Shown: piece after piece, positions 10,362 through 18,394 of the stretch | Layout of the letters: every line of letters starts with the position of its first letter | How positions within the stretch are numbered: the first letter of the stretch is position 1 | Origin: Pseudoxanthobacter soli DSM 19599 | GTDB taxonomy: Bacteria; Pseudomonadota; Alphaproteobacteria; Rhizobiales; Segnochrobactraceae | NCBI RefSeq assembly: GCF_900148505.1 | Contig: NZ_FRXO01000001.1 | Coordinates: 860,414-892,413, forward strand | Direction: 5' to 3' | DNA length: 32,000 bases | Notes under the pieces: model-generated | What the model was told of the DNA's origin: nothing | Databases searched by the model: none | What the model saw: only the letters and a program-made list of their open reading frames with translations | Position numbers and translations under genes: made by a program

Positions 10362-10592
10362 ATGGCGACGGATATTCAGGGGCGGCGACTGCACCGCGTG
10401 CGCAAGCTCATCGGCACCGTCGCACTGGTGCTGTTCGTCATCGTCTACGCCCTGGTGGCGATGGCGATCGGCGCGGTTCTGGTGCCGAACCACAGCGGGT
10501 TCGTGGCGCTTGTGTTCTATGTCGTCGCCGGCCTGGGCTGGGTGCTGCCGGCCGGCCTGATCATCAAATGGATGGAACGCGGACGGCTCTGA
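10362..10592 (+). CDS. Small two-TM membrane protein, DUF2842 family
   Basis: 76 aa, [28 protein letters not shown]...[18 protein letters not shown]. Strong GGAGGA RBS 6 nt upstream. The position divergent from ctaA is typical for DUF2842 in alphaproteobacteria. Confidence 0.8.
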   Translation: MATDIQGRRLHRVRKLIGTVALVLFVIVYALVAMAIGAVLVPNHSGFVALVFYVVAGLGWVLPAGLIIKWMERGRL

Positions 10593-10598
10593 CGTCGA

Positions 10599-12017
10599 TC
10601 AGGCCGCGGGCGCGAACGCCTCCATCCGCGGATCGATTTCCTGACGCACGTGGAAGGCCGCGCCGCGCGCCTCGGTGGCGACCACCGTCACAGGACGGCG
10701 CGTCGCATGCGTGAGGCGGTCGAAGGCCGAACGCACGCCGGGCGCGCACGCATCGCGGTCGGTCGCAAGCACGATGCCGTCGAGGTGGGCGATGGCCCGG
10801 CCTGCGAGATGATCGATATCGCCCGGCGGGAGATGGATCACCACCCGCTCGTAGGCATGAACCAGCGCCTCGATGACCGCGTCGAATCGCTCGGGCGCCA
10901 TCGTCAGATCGTCGGGCCGCCCGCTGAGGACGTGGAAGCGCAGCTGCGGATCGCGCACGATCACTTCCGCGAACGATGCCTCGCCGGAAAGAAGACCGCC
11001 GAAGCCGAGCGCATTCGCCGGCGGGGGCAACGCAGTGTCGCCGGTGAGATCGATCATCACCGCGGGCTTGTCTTCCGCCGCGCTGGCGGCAAGACGGGCA
11101 ACCTCGCGCGAGGCCTCGGTTCCGCCGACGCCGATGACGGCCAGGCAACGCCGGGGGCCGGTGCTGCCCGGCGCCCAGAATCGCTCGCCGCCGAGCGACT
11201 CACGCCGCTGGCCCACCGCCGGCCGTGACGGCAGGCGGAAATCGACCGGGATCGCGCCCACCACCGGGGGAGCCGAGGGCACCGGCGAGATGTCGGCATG
11301 GCGGTCGGTGGCCGAACGGCGACGCAGGACAGCTGCGGTGGCGAGGGCCGCGGCAAGGCCGGCGAGAACCGAAAGGCCGAACAGCGTTCCGCCGCTGCGC
11401 GGCTCGGACGCGACGGCGGGCGTCACGATTCGTGCGCTGCCAGCGCCGGAAGCGCTCGATGCCAGCGACACATAGGTGTCGAGCACCGCGTTCAGCGTCG
11501 TTGCCGCCGCTGTGGGCGTATCGGCGGCCAGTGAGATCGAGACCGTCTCGGGCGCGGAACGGCTGACGGCGAGCGCCGCGCCGAGGGCGGCCACCCGGCG
11601 TTCTTCGACAGCGGTCGCCGCAGTCGCGCCATCGGGGCCGAGAGCGGCGAACAGGCGGGCCGCGAGGCTGTCTGGCACGAGAACATCGTCGTCGAGCCGT
11701 GCCGCCGCGGTCGCGTCGAGCCGTCGGATGACGGTTCGCAGGAATTCCGGGGAATGCAGCATCTGCCCCGCAGCGGCCACACGAGCTTCGCGCGAGCCGC
11801 CGTCGTCGACGCCCTGGGCAACCGCCAGGCGCGCGGAGGCGGTCGAAACCGGCACCATCCGGTCGGCGACGCCATAGACCATCATGCCGACGCCGAGTGC
11901 GGCAGCCGCAATCCAGCCGGCGCCAGCCGTAGAACGCATCCGGCGAACCGTGTGCGTCCTCGCCAGCGGCACCTCAACGGCCAGATCGACCATATCAAGC
12001 GACTCCACCCTGCTCAT
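10599..12017 (-). CDS. Polysaccharide co-polymerase (Wzz/ExoP)-like membrane protein with degenerate BY-kinase-like C-terminal domain
   Basis: Within ORF 10599-12284. Two TM segments (AGWIAAAALGVGMMVYGV; LFGLSVLAGLAAALATAAVL) flank an Ala-rich periplasmic region. The C-terminal P-loop-NTPase-like fold is CLAVIGVGGTEASREVARLAASAAEDKPAVMIDLTGD...YERVVIHLPPGD. Start set at ATG complementary to 12015-12017 (MSRVESLD); ATG 11993 is an alternative. Confidence 0.65.
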   Translation of the reverse strand: MSRVESLDMVDLAVEVPLARTHTVRRMRSTAGAGWIAAAALGVGMMVYGVADRMVPVSTASARLAVAQGVDDGGSREARVAAAGQMLHSPEFLRTVIRRLDATAAARLDDDVLVPDSLAARLFAALGPDGATAATAVEERRVAALGAALAVSRSAPETVSISLAADTPTAAATTLNAVLDTYVSLASSASGAGSARIVTPAVASEPRSGGTLFGLSVLAGLAAALATAAVLRRRSATDRHADISPVPSAPPVVGAIPVDFRLPSRPAVGQRRESLGGERFWAPGSTGPRRCLAVIGVGGTEASREVARLAASAAEDKPAVMIDLTGDTALPPPANALGFGGLLSGEASFAEVIVRDPQLRFHVLSGRPDDLTMAPERFDAVIEALVHAYERVVIHLPPGDIDHLAGRAIAHLDGIVLATDRDACAPGVRSAFDRLTHATRRPVTVVATEARGAAFHVRQEIDPRMEAFAPAA

Positions 12018-12137
12018 GCCGCAAGGGTGACTCCGCCCCGGTAAGCAGCAGGTTAACGCTGCTCTGTCCGAAGGCCCGGATCCGACGTTTTCCTCTGCCG
12101 ACACGCCGGGCGAAACGTGAATCCGCATCCGGCAGGC

Positions 12138-12179
12138 AAAAAGCAAAAAGGCCGCTCGCGGAAGCGACAGCGGCCTTTT
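12138..12179 (-). terminator. Strong intrinsic terminator (minus-strand sense; weakly bidirectional)
   Basis: GGCCGC-TCGC GGAA GCGA-(CA)-GCGGCC at 12150-12175 (10 bp, GGAA loop). On the minus strand it is followed by TTTTTGCTTTTTG (complement of 12137-12149). On the plus strand only TTTT follows. Confidence 0.7.
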
Positions 12180-12180
12180 A

Positions 12181-12420
12181 AGGTCTTCACTTGGGAGGTG
12201 CCTCCGTTCGGGGGCACGGCGATCTTCTAGCCGTTCGCCTTCGGGTTCAGAAGTGGGGCGGAAGCAAGGCAGCCATGCGTCCATTGCATGGGTCGCACCC
12301 CACCCTCCCGCTCACCGGGATGCTGGTAAATGAGCCTGCGCGACGCCCTCCCGGCCTGGACCGCGTCATCCACGACTAATGCAGGCGTTTCCGCTTGCCC
12401 TCGACTCCGGGAGGCGATAG
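12181..12420 (-). ncRNA. Candidate structured RNA or terminator-type leader (unclassified; I could not match it to any family by eye)
   Basis: No credible ORF. There are many complementary segments (see finding), and the region lies immediately upstream, in minus sense, of the orphan terminator at 12138-12179. Strand and ends are inferred, not demonstrated. Confidence 0.3.
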
Positions 12421-12432
12421 GAAAGCCGCCAT

Positions 12433-12509
12433 CGGAGCGTAGCGCAGCCTGGTAGCGCACCTGCATGGGGTGCAGGGGGTCGGAGGTTCAAATCCTCTCG
12501 CTCCGACCA
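12433..12509 (+). tRNA. tRNA-Pro (anticodon GGG)
   Basis: Hand-folded cloverleaf. Acceptor CGGAGCG/CGCTCCG. D arm GCGC-AGCCTGGTA-GCGC. Anticodon arm CCTGC-ATGGGGT-GCAGG (GGG at 34-36, G37). Variable loop GGGTC. T arm GGAGG-TTCAAAT-CCTCT. Discriminator A and encoded CCA. 77 nt. Confidence 0.93.
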
Positions 12510-12646
12510 TTTCCCCCAGCCACATTTTTCCAACGCCATCACTCGGAAATCACGGTTTCCGAATATCGGCTGCGTCGCGAAGCGGCGCGTCCCCGAGATC
12601 GGACAGATCTCGGAGAGGGCCGTCTGGCGACCGACCGCGCGGCCAC

Positions 12647-13312
12647 TCACGCCAACGGCAGCAGCTTCTCGCGCGCGGCGCGCAGCGCGGCGTATTTCGC
12701 CCGAACGGACTCCACCACCGCTCGCGGCGCCTCTGCCGGCGTGCCGGCTGAGAACGGCGGCGCGGGCGCATATTCGAGCGCCAGCTGGATCGCTTCGGCC
12801 TGCTCCCGTCCCAACAATTCGGCGATCACGGTGAGGCCGAAATCTATCCCCGCCGTCACGCCTCCGGCGGTGATCAGGTTGCCGTCGCGCACCACTCGGG
12901 CTTCGACCGGGATCGCGCCCAGCCGGTCGAGAAAGTCGAGCGCATTCCAATGCGTCGTCGCCCGCTTGCCGTGAAGCAGGCCGGCCGCGCCGAGCACCAT
13001 CGCCCCCGTGCAGACGGACGTCACGTAACGCGCGGTGGCCGCCTGGCGGCGGACGAAACCGAGCGCATCCTCGTCGACGAGCAACGCGTTGACGCCAGCG
13101 CCGCCGGGCACGCACAGCACGTCCAGCGGCGGGCAGTCCGCGAAAATCGTCGTCGGTATCAGCGGCAGTCCGCAGGAGGAGATGACCGGGTCCGGGTCCT
13201 TCCACAGAATATGGACCTCGGTGTCGGGAGCCGCCGAGAAGACGTCGCACGGCCCGGCTAGATCGAGCAACTGCACGCCCGGAAAGGCGACAAGACCGAA
13301 TCGAAGCGGCAT
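12647..13312 (-). CDS. DJ-1/PfpI family protein (class I glutamine amidotransferase-like, isonitrile-hydratase-like)
   Basis: Within ORF 12647-13609. MPLRFGLVAFPGVQLLDLAGPCDVF...LDVLCVPGGAGV...YVTSVCTGAMVLGAAGLLHGKRATTHW carries the nucleophile-elbow Cys of DJ-1/PfpI. Start is the ATG complementary to 13310-13312. Confidence 0.85.
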   Translation of the reverse strand: MPLRFGLVAFPGVQLLDLAGPCDVFSAAPDTEVHILWKDPDPVISSCGLPLIPTTIFADCPPLDVLCVPGGAGVNALLVDEDALGFVRRQAATARYVTSVCTGAMVLGAAGLLHGKRATTHWNALDFLDRLGAIPVEARVVRDGNLITAGGVTAGIDFGLTVIAELLGREQAEAIQLALEYAPAPPFSAGTPAEAPRAVVESVRAKYAALRAAREKLLPLA

Positions 13313-13384
13313 CGCATTCTCCCAGGTTTCGGCGATGGGCGCCGCGGCGGCCTCTGTTGTTCCGCTCGCGCCCTGCCCGCCCCG

Positions 13385-13400
13385 CCACGAACGTTCGTGG
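13385..13400. promoter_or_regulatory. Perfect 16-bp palindrome CCACGAACGTTCGTGG (operator or short hairpin candidate)
   Basis: Read directly from the sequence. It sits 4 nt after the aminotransferase stop and ~75 nt upstream of the DJ-1 family start codon. Confidence 0.25.
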
Positions 13401-13403
13401 CGA

Positions 13404-14579
13404 TCAGATCCCGGCTTTCCCGAGCCAACGCTCCAGATTGTCCATCGCGCGCTCCATCTCCTCGGACGAGCCGGCGACGGAGAACCGGATGTAGCCGTGG
13501 CCGCGGGAGCGGTCGAAATCGACGCCCGGCGTCGCCGCGACACCCGCATGGTCGAGCATCGAGCGCGCGAAATCCCGCGAGTCGTTGGCGAAGCGGCGGA
13601 CGCTCGCATAGACGTAGAACGCGCCGTCGGCCGGCAGGATCTCGTCGAAGCCGAGACCGGGCAGCCGGGCGAGCAGAATATCCCTGTTGGTGCGGTAGCC
13701 CGCTTTCACCGCCTCCAGCTCCTCCGTCGCGTCGAAGGCCGCCAGCGCCGCGCGCTGGGACAGTTCCGGCACGGAGATGAAGAGATTCTGCGCGATTCGC
13801 TCCACCGGACGCACCAGCCGCTCCGGCAGCACCATCCAGCCCACACGCCACCCGGTCATGCAGAAATATTTCGAGAAGCTGTTGATCACGATGGCATCGT
13901 CGGAAAGCGCCAGCGCGGAGGTCTCCTCGCCGTCATAGACGAGGCCGTGATAGATCTCGTCGGAGATGAACCACAGACCGCGCTCGTGCGCGGCCTCGAT
14001 CAGCGCGGCAAGCGCGGCACGCTCCATCACCGTGCCGGTGGGGTTGTTCGGACTTGCGACCAGCACGCCGGCGAGCGGTCGCGCGGCATGGTGGGCCGCG
14101 AGAGTGTGCGGGTCGAGCGACCAGCGCGTCTCGGCCGTCGTCTCGATCTCCACGGCCTCGATCCCCAGCGCGCCGAGCACGTTGCGGTAGGCCGGATAGC
14201 CGGGGACCGGCAGCGCGACGCGGGCGCCGTGATCGAACGCGGCGAGGAACGCCAGGTTGAACGCGCCGGAGGAACCGGTGGTGACCACCACGCGGTCAGG
14301 CGAGACGTCAACGCCGTACCGCTCTCCGTAATGCCGGGCGATGCGCTCGCGCAGGGCACGAAGGCCGAGCGCCTCGGTGTAGCCGATGCGCCCCCCATCG
14401 AGCGCCGCCCTCGCCGCCGCCACCACGGCCTTCGGCGCCGGCGCCGAAGGCTGGCCGACTTCCATGCGCACGACGTCGGCCCCGGTCGCCTCCCGTGCCA
14501 CCGCCGCGCTCATCACGTCCATGGCGATGAACGGGTCCACTGCGCTGCGGGCGGAGGGTTCCGGTCGCGAAATCGTCAT
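13404..14579 (-). CDS. PLP-dependent aminotransferase, class I/II (aspartate/aromatic aminotransferase-like)
   Basis: Within ORF 13404-14750. GYTEALGLRALRERIARHYGERYGV..., ASPNNPTG, SFSKYFCMTGWRVGW (PLP-lysine motif), YIRFS. Start is the ATG complementary to 14577-14579 (MTISRPEP). Confidence 0.88.
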   Translation of the reverse strand: MTISRPEPSARSAVDPFIAMDVMSAAVAREATGADVVRMEVGQPSAPAPKAVVAAARAALDGGRIGYTEALGLRALRERIARHYGERYGVDVSPDRVVVTTGSSGAFNLAFLAAFDHGARVALPVPGYPAYRNVLGALGIEAVEIETTAETRWSLDPHTLAAHHAARPLAGVLVASPNNPTGTVMERAALAALIEAAHERGLWFISDEIYHGLVYDGEETSALALSDDAIVINSFSKYFCMTGWRVGWMVLPERLVRPVERIAQNLFISVPELSQRAALAAFDATEELEAVKAGYRTNRDILLARLPGLGFDEILPADGAFYVYASVRRFANDSRDFARSMLDHAGVAATPGVDFDRSRGHGYIRFSVAGSSEEMERAMDNLERWLGKAGI

Positions 14580-14748
14580 TCGGCACTCCCGGGCGAAGAC
14601 GGGGCCGCCGCCGTGTCGCCGCATTTGCTGTCTTCCTATCGAGGATCTATCGATGTGCGGAGCGTTTGCCCTTCGGCAAAGTTCGCGCCCGCAGGGGGGC
14701 GGCACACACACACCGGCGGCACAGCCGGCAAGCGCCGATCGAGGATCC

Positions 14749-16227
14749 ATGTTCGACCGATGCCTATCCCGGCTGAGAGCCGCTTGGAAGCCTTTCGCCG
14801 CAGGGCGTGGGGCGGGACTGCGTATCGCCGCACCGCCCCGCGCGCTCAGGCACCGTTACACGGCGGGCTTCTCGCTTGTCGCCGCCGCGCACTTCGCCGT
14901 GCTGCCGGCTTCGGCGCAGGAATCGCCGCCCGGGCGCAGCATCGCGATCGTGCGGGATGCCGAGACCGAGCAGCTGATGCGGGACTATCTGAGGCCGATT
15001 CTGGGCGCCGCCGGGCTTCCGAGCGGGGCGACCGAGGTCGTGCTCGTCAACGATTCGAGCTTCAACGCCTTTGTGGCGGACAGCCACCGCATCTTCATCA
15101 ACACGGGCGTGATCACCCAGGCCAAGACGCCGAACGAGGTGATCGGCGTTCTCGCCCACGAGACCGGTCACATCGCGGGCAATCATCTGGCGCGCATGCA
15201 CCAGGCGGCCTCGCAGGCCGGCATCATCGCCGCCATCGGCATGATCGCCGGCGCGGGCGCGCTGGTCGCCGGCGCGGCCGCGGGCAATGGATCGGTGGCG
15301 GGCGGCGGTGCCGCGGCCATCACCGGCGGCATCGGCCTCGGCCAGCGCTCGCTGCTGTCCTACCAGCGCGGCGAGGAAGACGCCGCCGACCGTTCGGCGC
15401 TGACGTTCCTTCAGCGCACCAAGCAATCCGCGAAGGGCATGATCGACACGTTCAAGCGGCTCGCCAACGAGCAGCTGATGATCGCGCGCTATGCCGATCC
15501 CTATGCCCAAAGCCACCCGATGGCGCGCGATCGCATCGCCAACCTCGAGACCAAGGCGGAGGCGAGCCCCTACTGGGACGTCAAGGATCCCCCGGCGCTG
15601 CAGGCCCGGCACGACATGGTGCGCGCCAAGCTGATCGCCTTCACGTCGTCCCCGCAGACGGCGCTGCGGCAATACCCGCCGTCGAATACAAGCCTGCCCG
15701 CGCGCTATGCCCGCGCCGTCGTCGCCTACCGCATGGGTGACCCGCAGGAAGCCCAGCGACAGGTCGACGCCCTGATCAAAAGCCAGCCCTCCAACCCCTA
15801 TTTCTGGGAACTGAAGGGGCAGGCGATGCTCGATCTCGGCAATCCGCGCGGCGCGATCGCGCCGTTGCAGAAGGCCGTCTCGCTCGCGCCAAGCGCGACG
15901 CCGATCCGTGCGCTTTATGGGCAGGCGCTGGTGGGCGCCGGCGATCCGGCCTCAGCCAAGCAAGCCGTGACCGAGCTCAACCGCGTGGTCCAGGCCGATC
16001 CGGACGATGCGTCGGCCTTCCGTTTCCTCGCGATGGCCTACGGCGCGCAGGGCCAGACCGCGATGGCGGACCTCGCAACGGCACGCGGCATGGCGGCTCA
16101 AGGCCAGCTCAAGCAGGCGAGCCATTATGCCCAGCGCGCGAAGATGGGGCTGAAGATGGGAACGCCGGCCTGGCTGCAGGCTGATGACCTCGTGACCCGG
16201 CCGTCCAGCAAGTCCGGCAAGAACTGA
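14749..16227 (+). CDS. M48 family zinc metalloprotease with C-terminal TPR region (BepA/YfgC-like)
   Basis: Within ORF 14386-16227. HETGHIAGNH (HExxH), downstream EEDAADRSAL, then TPR-like repeats. Start is ATG 14749; in-frame ATG 14653 with a better-spaced GAGGA is an alternative. Confidence 0.85.
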   Translation: MFDRCLSRLRAAWKPFAAGRGAGLRIAAPPRALRHRYTAGFSLVAAAHFAVLPASAQESPPGRSIAIVRDAETEQLMRDYLRPILGAAGLPSGATEVVLVNDSSFNAFVADSHRIFINTGVITQAKTPNEVIGVLAHETGHIAGNHLARMHQAASQAGIIAAIGMIAGAGALVAGAAAGNGSVAGGGAAAITGGIGLGQRSLLSYQRGEEDAADRSALTFLQRTKQSAKGMIDTFKRLANEQLMIARYADPYAQSHPMARDRIANLETKAEASPYWDVKDPPALQARHDMVRAKLIAFTSSPQTALRQYPPSNTSLPARYARAVVAYRMGDPQEAQRQVDALIKSQPSNPYFWELKGQAMLDLGNPRGAIAPLQKAVSLAPSATPIRALYGQALVGAGDPASAKQAVTELNRVVQADPDDASAFRFLAMAYGAQGQTAMADLATARGMAAQGQLKQASHYAQRAKMGLKMGTPAWLQADDLVTRPSSKSGKN

Positions 16228-16309
16228 TATGAAGATCCTGCCGCAACTTATTGCTTCCGGCAGGCTTTCTGCTATTTGCCTCCCTTTCCTCCCCGATGTG
16301 AGAACACCC

Positions 16310-17125
16310 ATGCTGATCCCGTCGAAGCGTCGTCGGCACACCACCGGAGCGGTCGCGCTCGCCGCCGTGCTGGCGCTCGCCACTCCGTTCACCTCCGCCG
16401 CCCCGGTGCTGGCGGCCGATTCCGGCCCGGTGACGTCGTTCGACGCCAAGCAGCGCGCCGACATCGAGAAGATCGTGCGCGACTATCTGATCGCCAACCC
16501 CGACATCCTCGTCGAGGTCAGCAGCGCCTTGCAGAAGCGGCAGGAAGTTGCCGCGGAGGAAGCGCAGAAGGACGTCATCAAGGCGCAGAGCGACACGCTG
16601 CTCAATTCGAAGAACCAGGTCGTGCTCGGCAACCCGCAGGGCGACGTCACGCTGGTCGAGTTCTTCGACTACAATTGCGGCTACTGCCGGCGCGCGGTGG
16701 AAGACACCTTCGCGCTGATCGACCAGGATCCGAAGCTGCGCGTCGTGCTGAAGGAATTCCCCATCCTGACGGAAGGCTCGGTCGAAGCCGCGCGCGTCGC
16801 GATCGCCGTGAAGGACGTGGCGCCGGATCGTTACGCCGAATTCCATCGCGCGATGTTCGCGATGAAGGGCCAGGCGGACGGCAAGCGCGCGCTCCAGGTC
16901 GCCGAAAAGCTCGGGATCGACGGCAGCAAGCTCGAAGCGGCGATGAAGGGGCCGGACGTGGAGGATACCCTCCAGGAAACCCACAATCTCGCGCAGCTTC
17001 TCCAGATCTCCGGCACGCCTTCCTACGTGATCGGCGATGCCGTCCTGCCCGGCGCCGTGGGCGTCGCGGCGCTGAAAGAGCGCATCGACACCGTCCGCAA
17101 GTGCGGGGGTACCTCGTCCTGCTGA
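16310..17125 (+). CDS. DsbA family thiol:disulfide oxidoreductase (periplasmic)
   Basis: Within ORF 16229-17125. Signal peptide MLIPSKRRRHTTGAVALAAVLALATPFTSAAPVLA and thioredoxin-fold active site FFDYNCGYCRR (CxxC). Confidence 0.85.
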   Translation: MLIPSKRRRHTTGAVALAAVLALATPFTSAAPVLAADSGPVTSFDAKQRADIEKIVRDYLIANPDILVEVSSALQKRQEVAAEEAQKDVIKAQSDTLLNSKNQVVLGNPQGDVTLVEFFDYNCGYCRRAVEDTFALIDQDPKLRVVLKEFPILTEGSVEAARVAIAVKDVAPDRYAEFHRAMFAMKGQADGKRALQVAEKLGIDGSKLEAAMKGPDVEDTLQETHNLAQLLQISGTPSYVIGDAVLPGAVGVAALKERIDTVRKCGGTSSC

Positions 17126-17150
17126 TGCGGCGCCTCGGCGCGACTGGGAT

Positions 17151-17175
17151 CGGGCGGCCGTCGGGCCGCCCTTTT
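17151..17175 (+). terminator. Intrinsic terminator after the DsbA-like gene
   Basis: GGGCGGCC-gtcg-GGCCGCCC (8 bp perfect) followed by TTTTT, 26 nt after the stop. Confidence 0.8.
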
Positions 17176-17408
17176 TCGTCGGCACAACCGCCGCGCGGCG
17201 CGGCAGGAGCACCGCGAGTACCCCATTTCCTCGCGGCCCGCTTGCGCCTATAAGATAGCCGCCTCCACGGAGGCCGGTGGCGCGACGGATCGTCCGCGGC
17301 GCTTCGACCGACAAGCATGCGGCCGCTTCGCCGGGGACGGTGTCGCGACCGAGTTCGACGTTATGGCCGGCGGCACAGACCGGCCCGGCCTTTCTGGTGA
17401 TCCGGCTT

Positions 17409-17855
17409 ATGGTTCCGATCCTCGTCCTCAACGGACCGAACCTCAACCGCCTCGGCAAGCGCGAGCCCGGCATCTACGGCGCCACCACGCTCGCGGAGAT
17501 CGAGGAGCGGTGCAAGGCGGCGGGAACGCGGCTCGGCCTCAGTGTGGACTTCCGCCAGTCGAACCACGAAGGCGTGCTGGTCGACTGGATCCACGAAGCG
17601 GCCGACAGCGCGAAGGGCATCGCGCTCAATGCCGGCGCCTATACCCACACCTCGGTTGCGCTGCACGATGCCATTCGCGCCGTGGGACTGCCGACCGTCG
17701 AACTTCACCTATCCAATGTCCATGCCCGAGAGAGCTTCCGCCACCACTCCTACATCGCGCCCGCCGCGACAGGCGTGATCGCGGGGTTCGGCCCGAACAG
17801 CTACATCCTCGCCCTGGAGGCGCTGGCGGCGATCCTCATACCGGATGCCGCCTGA
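17409..17855 (+). CDS. aroQ: 3-dehydroquinate dehydratase, type II
   Basis: [28 protein letters not shown]...[17 protein letters not shown]...[18 protein letters not shown]...[18 protein letters not shown] is the canonical AroQ sequence. ATG at 17409. Confidence 0.95.
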   Translation: MVPILVLNGPNLNRLGKREPGIYGATTLAEIEERCKAAGTRLGLSVDFRQSNHEGVLVDWIHEAADSAKGIALNAGAYTHTSVALHDAIRAVGLPTVELHLSNVHARESFRHHSYIAPAATGVIAGFGPNSYILALEALAAILIPDAA

Positions 17856-17921
17856 CGCGCCCCCGGATGCGAACCACGCATCGGCCCGACTTTCCGAAGG
17901 CCCCAATTTTTCCGAAGGCTC

Positions 17922-18392
17922 ATGACAATCAAGAAACCGACCATCGACCAGTCGCTGATCCGTGAACTCGCCGACCTGCTGACGGAGACCGCACTCTCCG
18001 AGATCGAGGTCGAGCAGGGCGACCTGCGCATCCGCATCGCGCGCTATGCCCAGCCGACCACCGTGATGGCGGCGCCGGCGGCGGCTTCCCCCCTCGCCGC
18101 TCCCGCCGTGGCGGCTGCGATCCCGGTTGCGCCGGCTGCGCTCGATCCCGCGACCAATCCCGGCACGGTGAAGTCGCCGATGGTCGGCACCGCCTATCTC
18201 GCGCCGGAGCCGGGCGCGAAGCCGTTCATCGAAGTCGGCGACAAGATCGCGGCGGGCCAGACCCTGCTGATCGTCGAGGCGATGAAGACCATGAACCAGA
18301 TTCCCGCGCCCCGCGCCGGAACGGTGACGAAGATCCTCATCGAGGACGGCCAGCCGGTCGAGTACGGCGAGCCGCTCGTGATCGTCGAGTGA
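17922..18392 (+). CDS. accB: Acetyl-CoA carboxylase biotin carboxyl carrier protein
   Basis: Ala/Pro linker followed by the biotinyl domain with [12 protein letters not shown] (biotinyl-lysine motif). It lies directly upstream of accC. Confidence 0.95.
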   Translation: MTIKKPTIDQSLIRELADLLTETALSEIEVEQGDLRIRIARYAQPTTVMAAPAAASPLAAPAVAAAIPVAPAALDPATNPGTVKSPMVGTAYLAPEPGAKPFIEVGDKIAAGQTLLIVEAMKTMNQIPAPRAGTVTKILIEDGQPVEYGEPLVIVE

Positions 18393-18394
18393 CC

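Noticed and set aside
12181-12432. tmRNA (two-piece alphaproteobacterial ssrA), SRP RNA, RNase P RNA, c-di-GMP-I, SAH, ZTP or cobalamin riboswitch as the identity of the structured locus
   Set aside because: Short resemblances exist: GGAGUCGAGGGCAAGCGGAAACGCC vs the tmRNA 5' GGAUUCGACGGG...GCGAAAC; GGGCAA plus a GNRA hairpin and GACGC vs GEMM-I; UGCGACCC vs SAH. The diagnostic cores are missing, however. There is no ANDN-type tag ORF ending in AA-stop, and no room for an acceptor piece because tRNA-Pro abuts. There is no GGAAGGAAGCAGC SRP motif, no GGAAAGUCCGGGC (RNase P) and no B12 box. It is left unclassified.
12191-12466. ORFs 12191-12379(+) 62 aa and 12227-12466(-) 79 aa in the tRNA-Pro-proximal spacer
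   Set aside because: The minus ORF runs through the tRNA-Pro gene and the plus ORF needs a TTG start. Neither has a convincing RBS, motifs or GC3 pattern. The region is better explained as RNA structure.
12433-12646. tRNA-Pro as an integration site for a genomic island
   Set aside because: There is no integrase, no phage or transposon gene, and no direct repeat of the tRNA 3' end that I could find in the window. The flanking genes are housekeeping-like with the same GC-rich composition.
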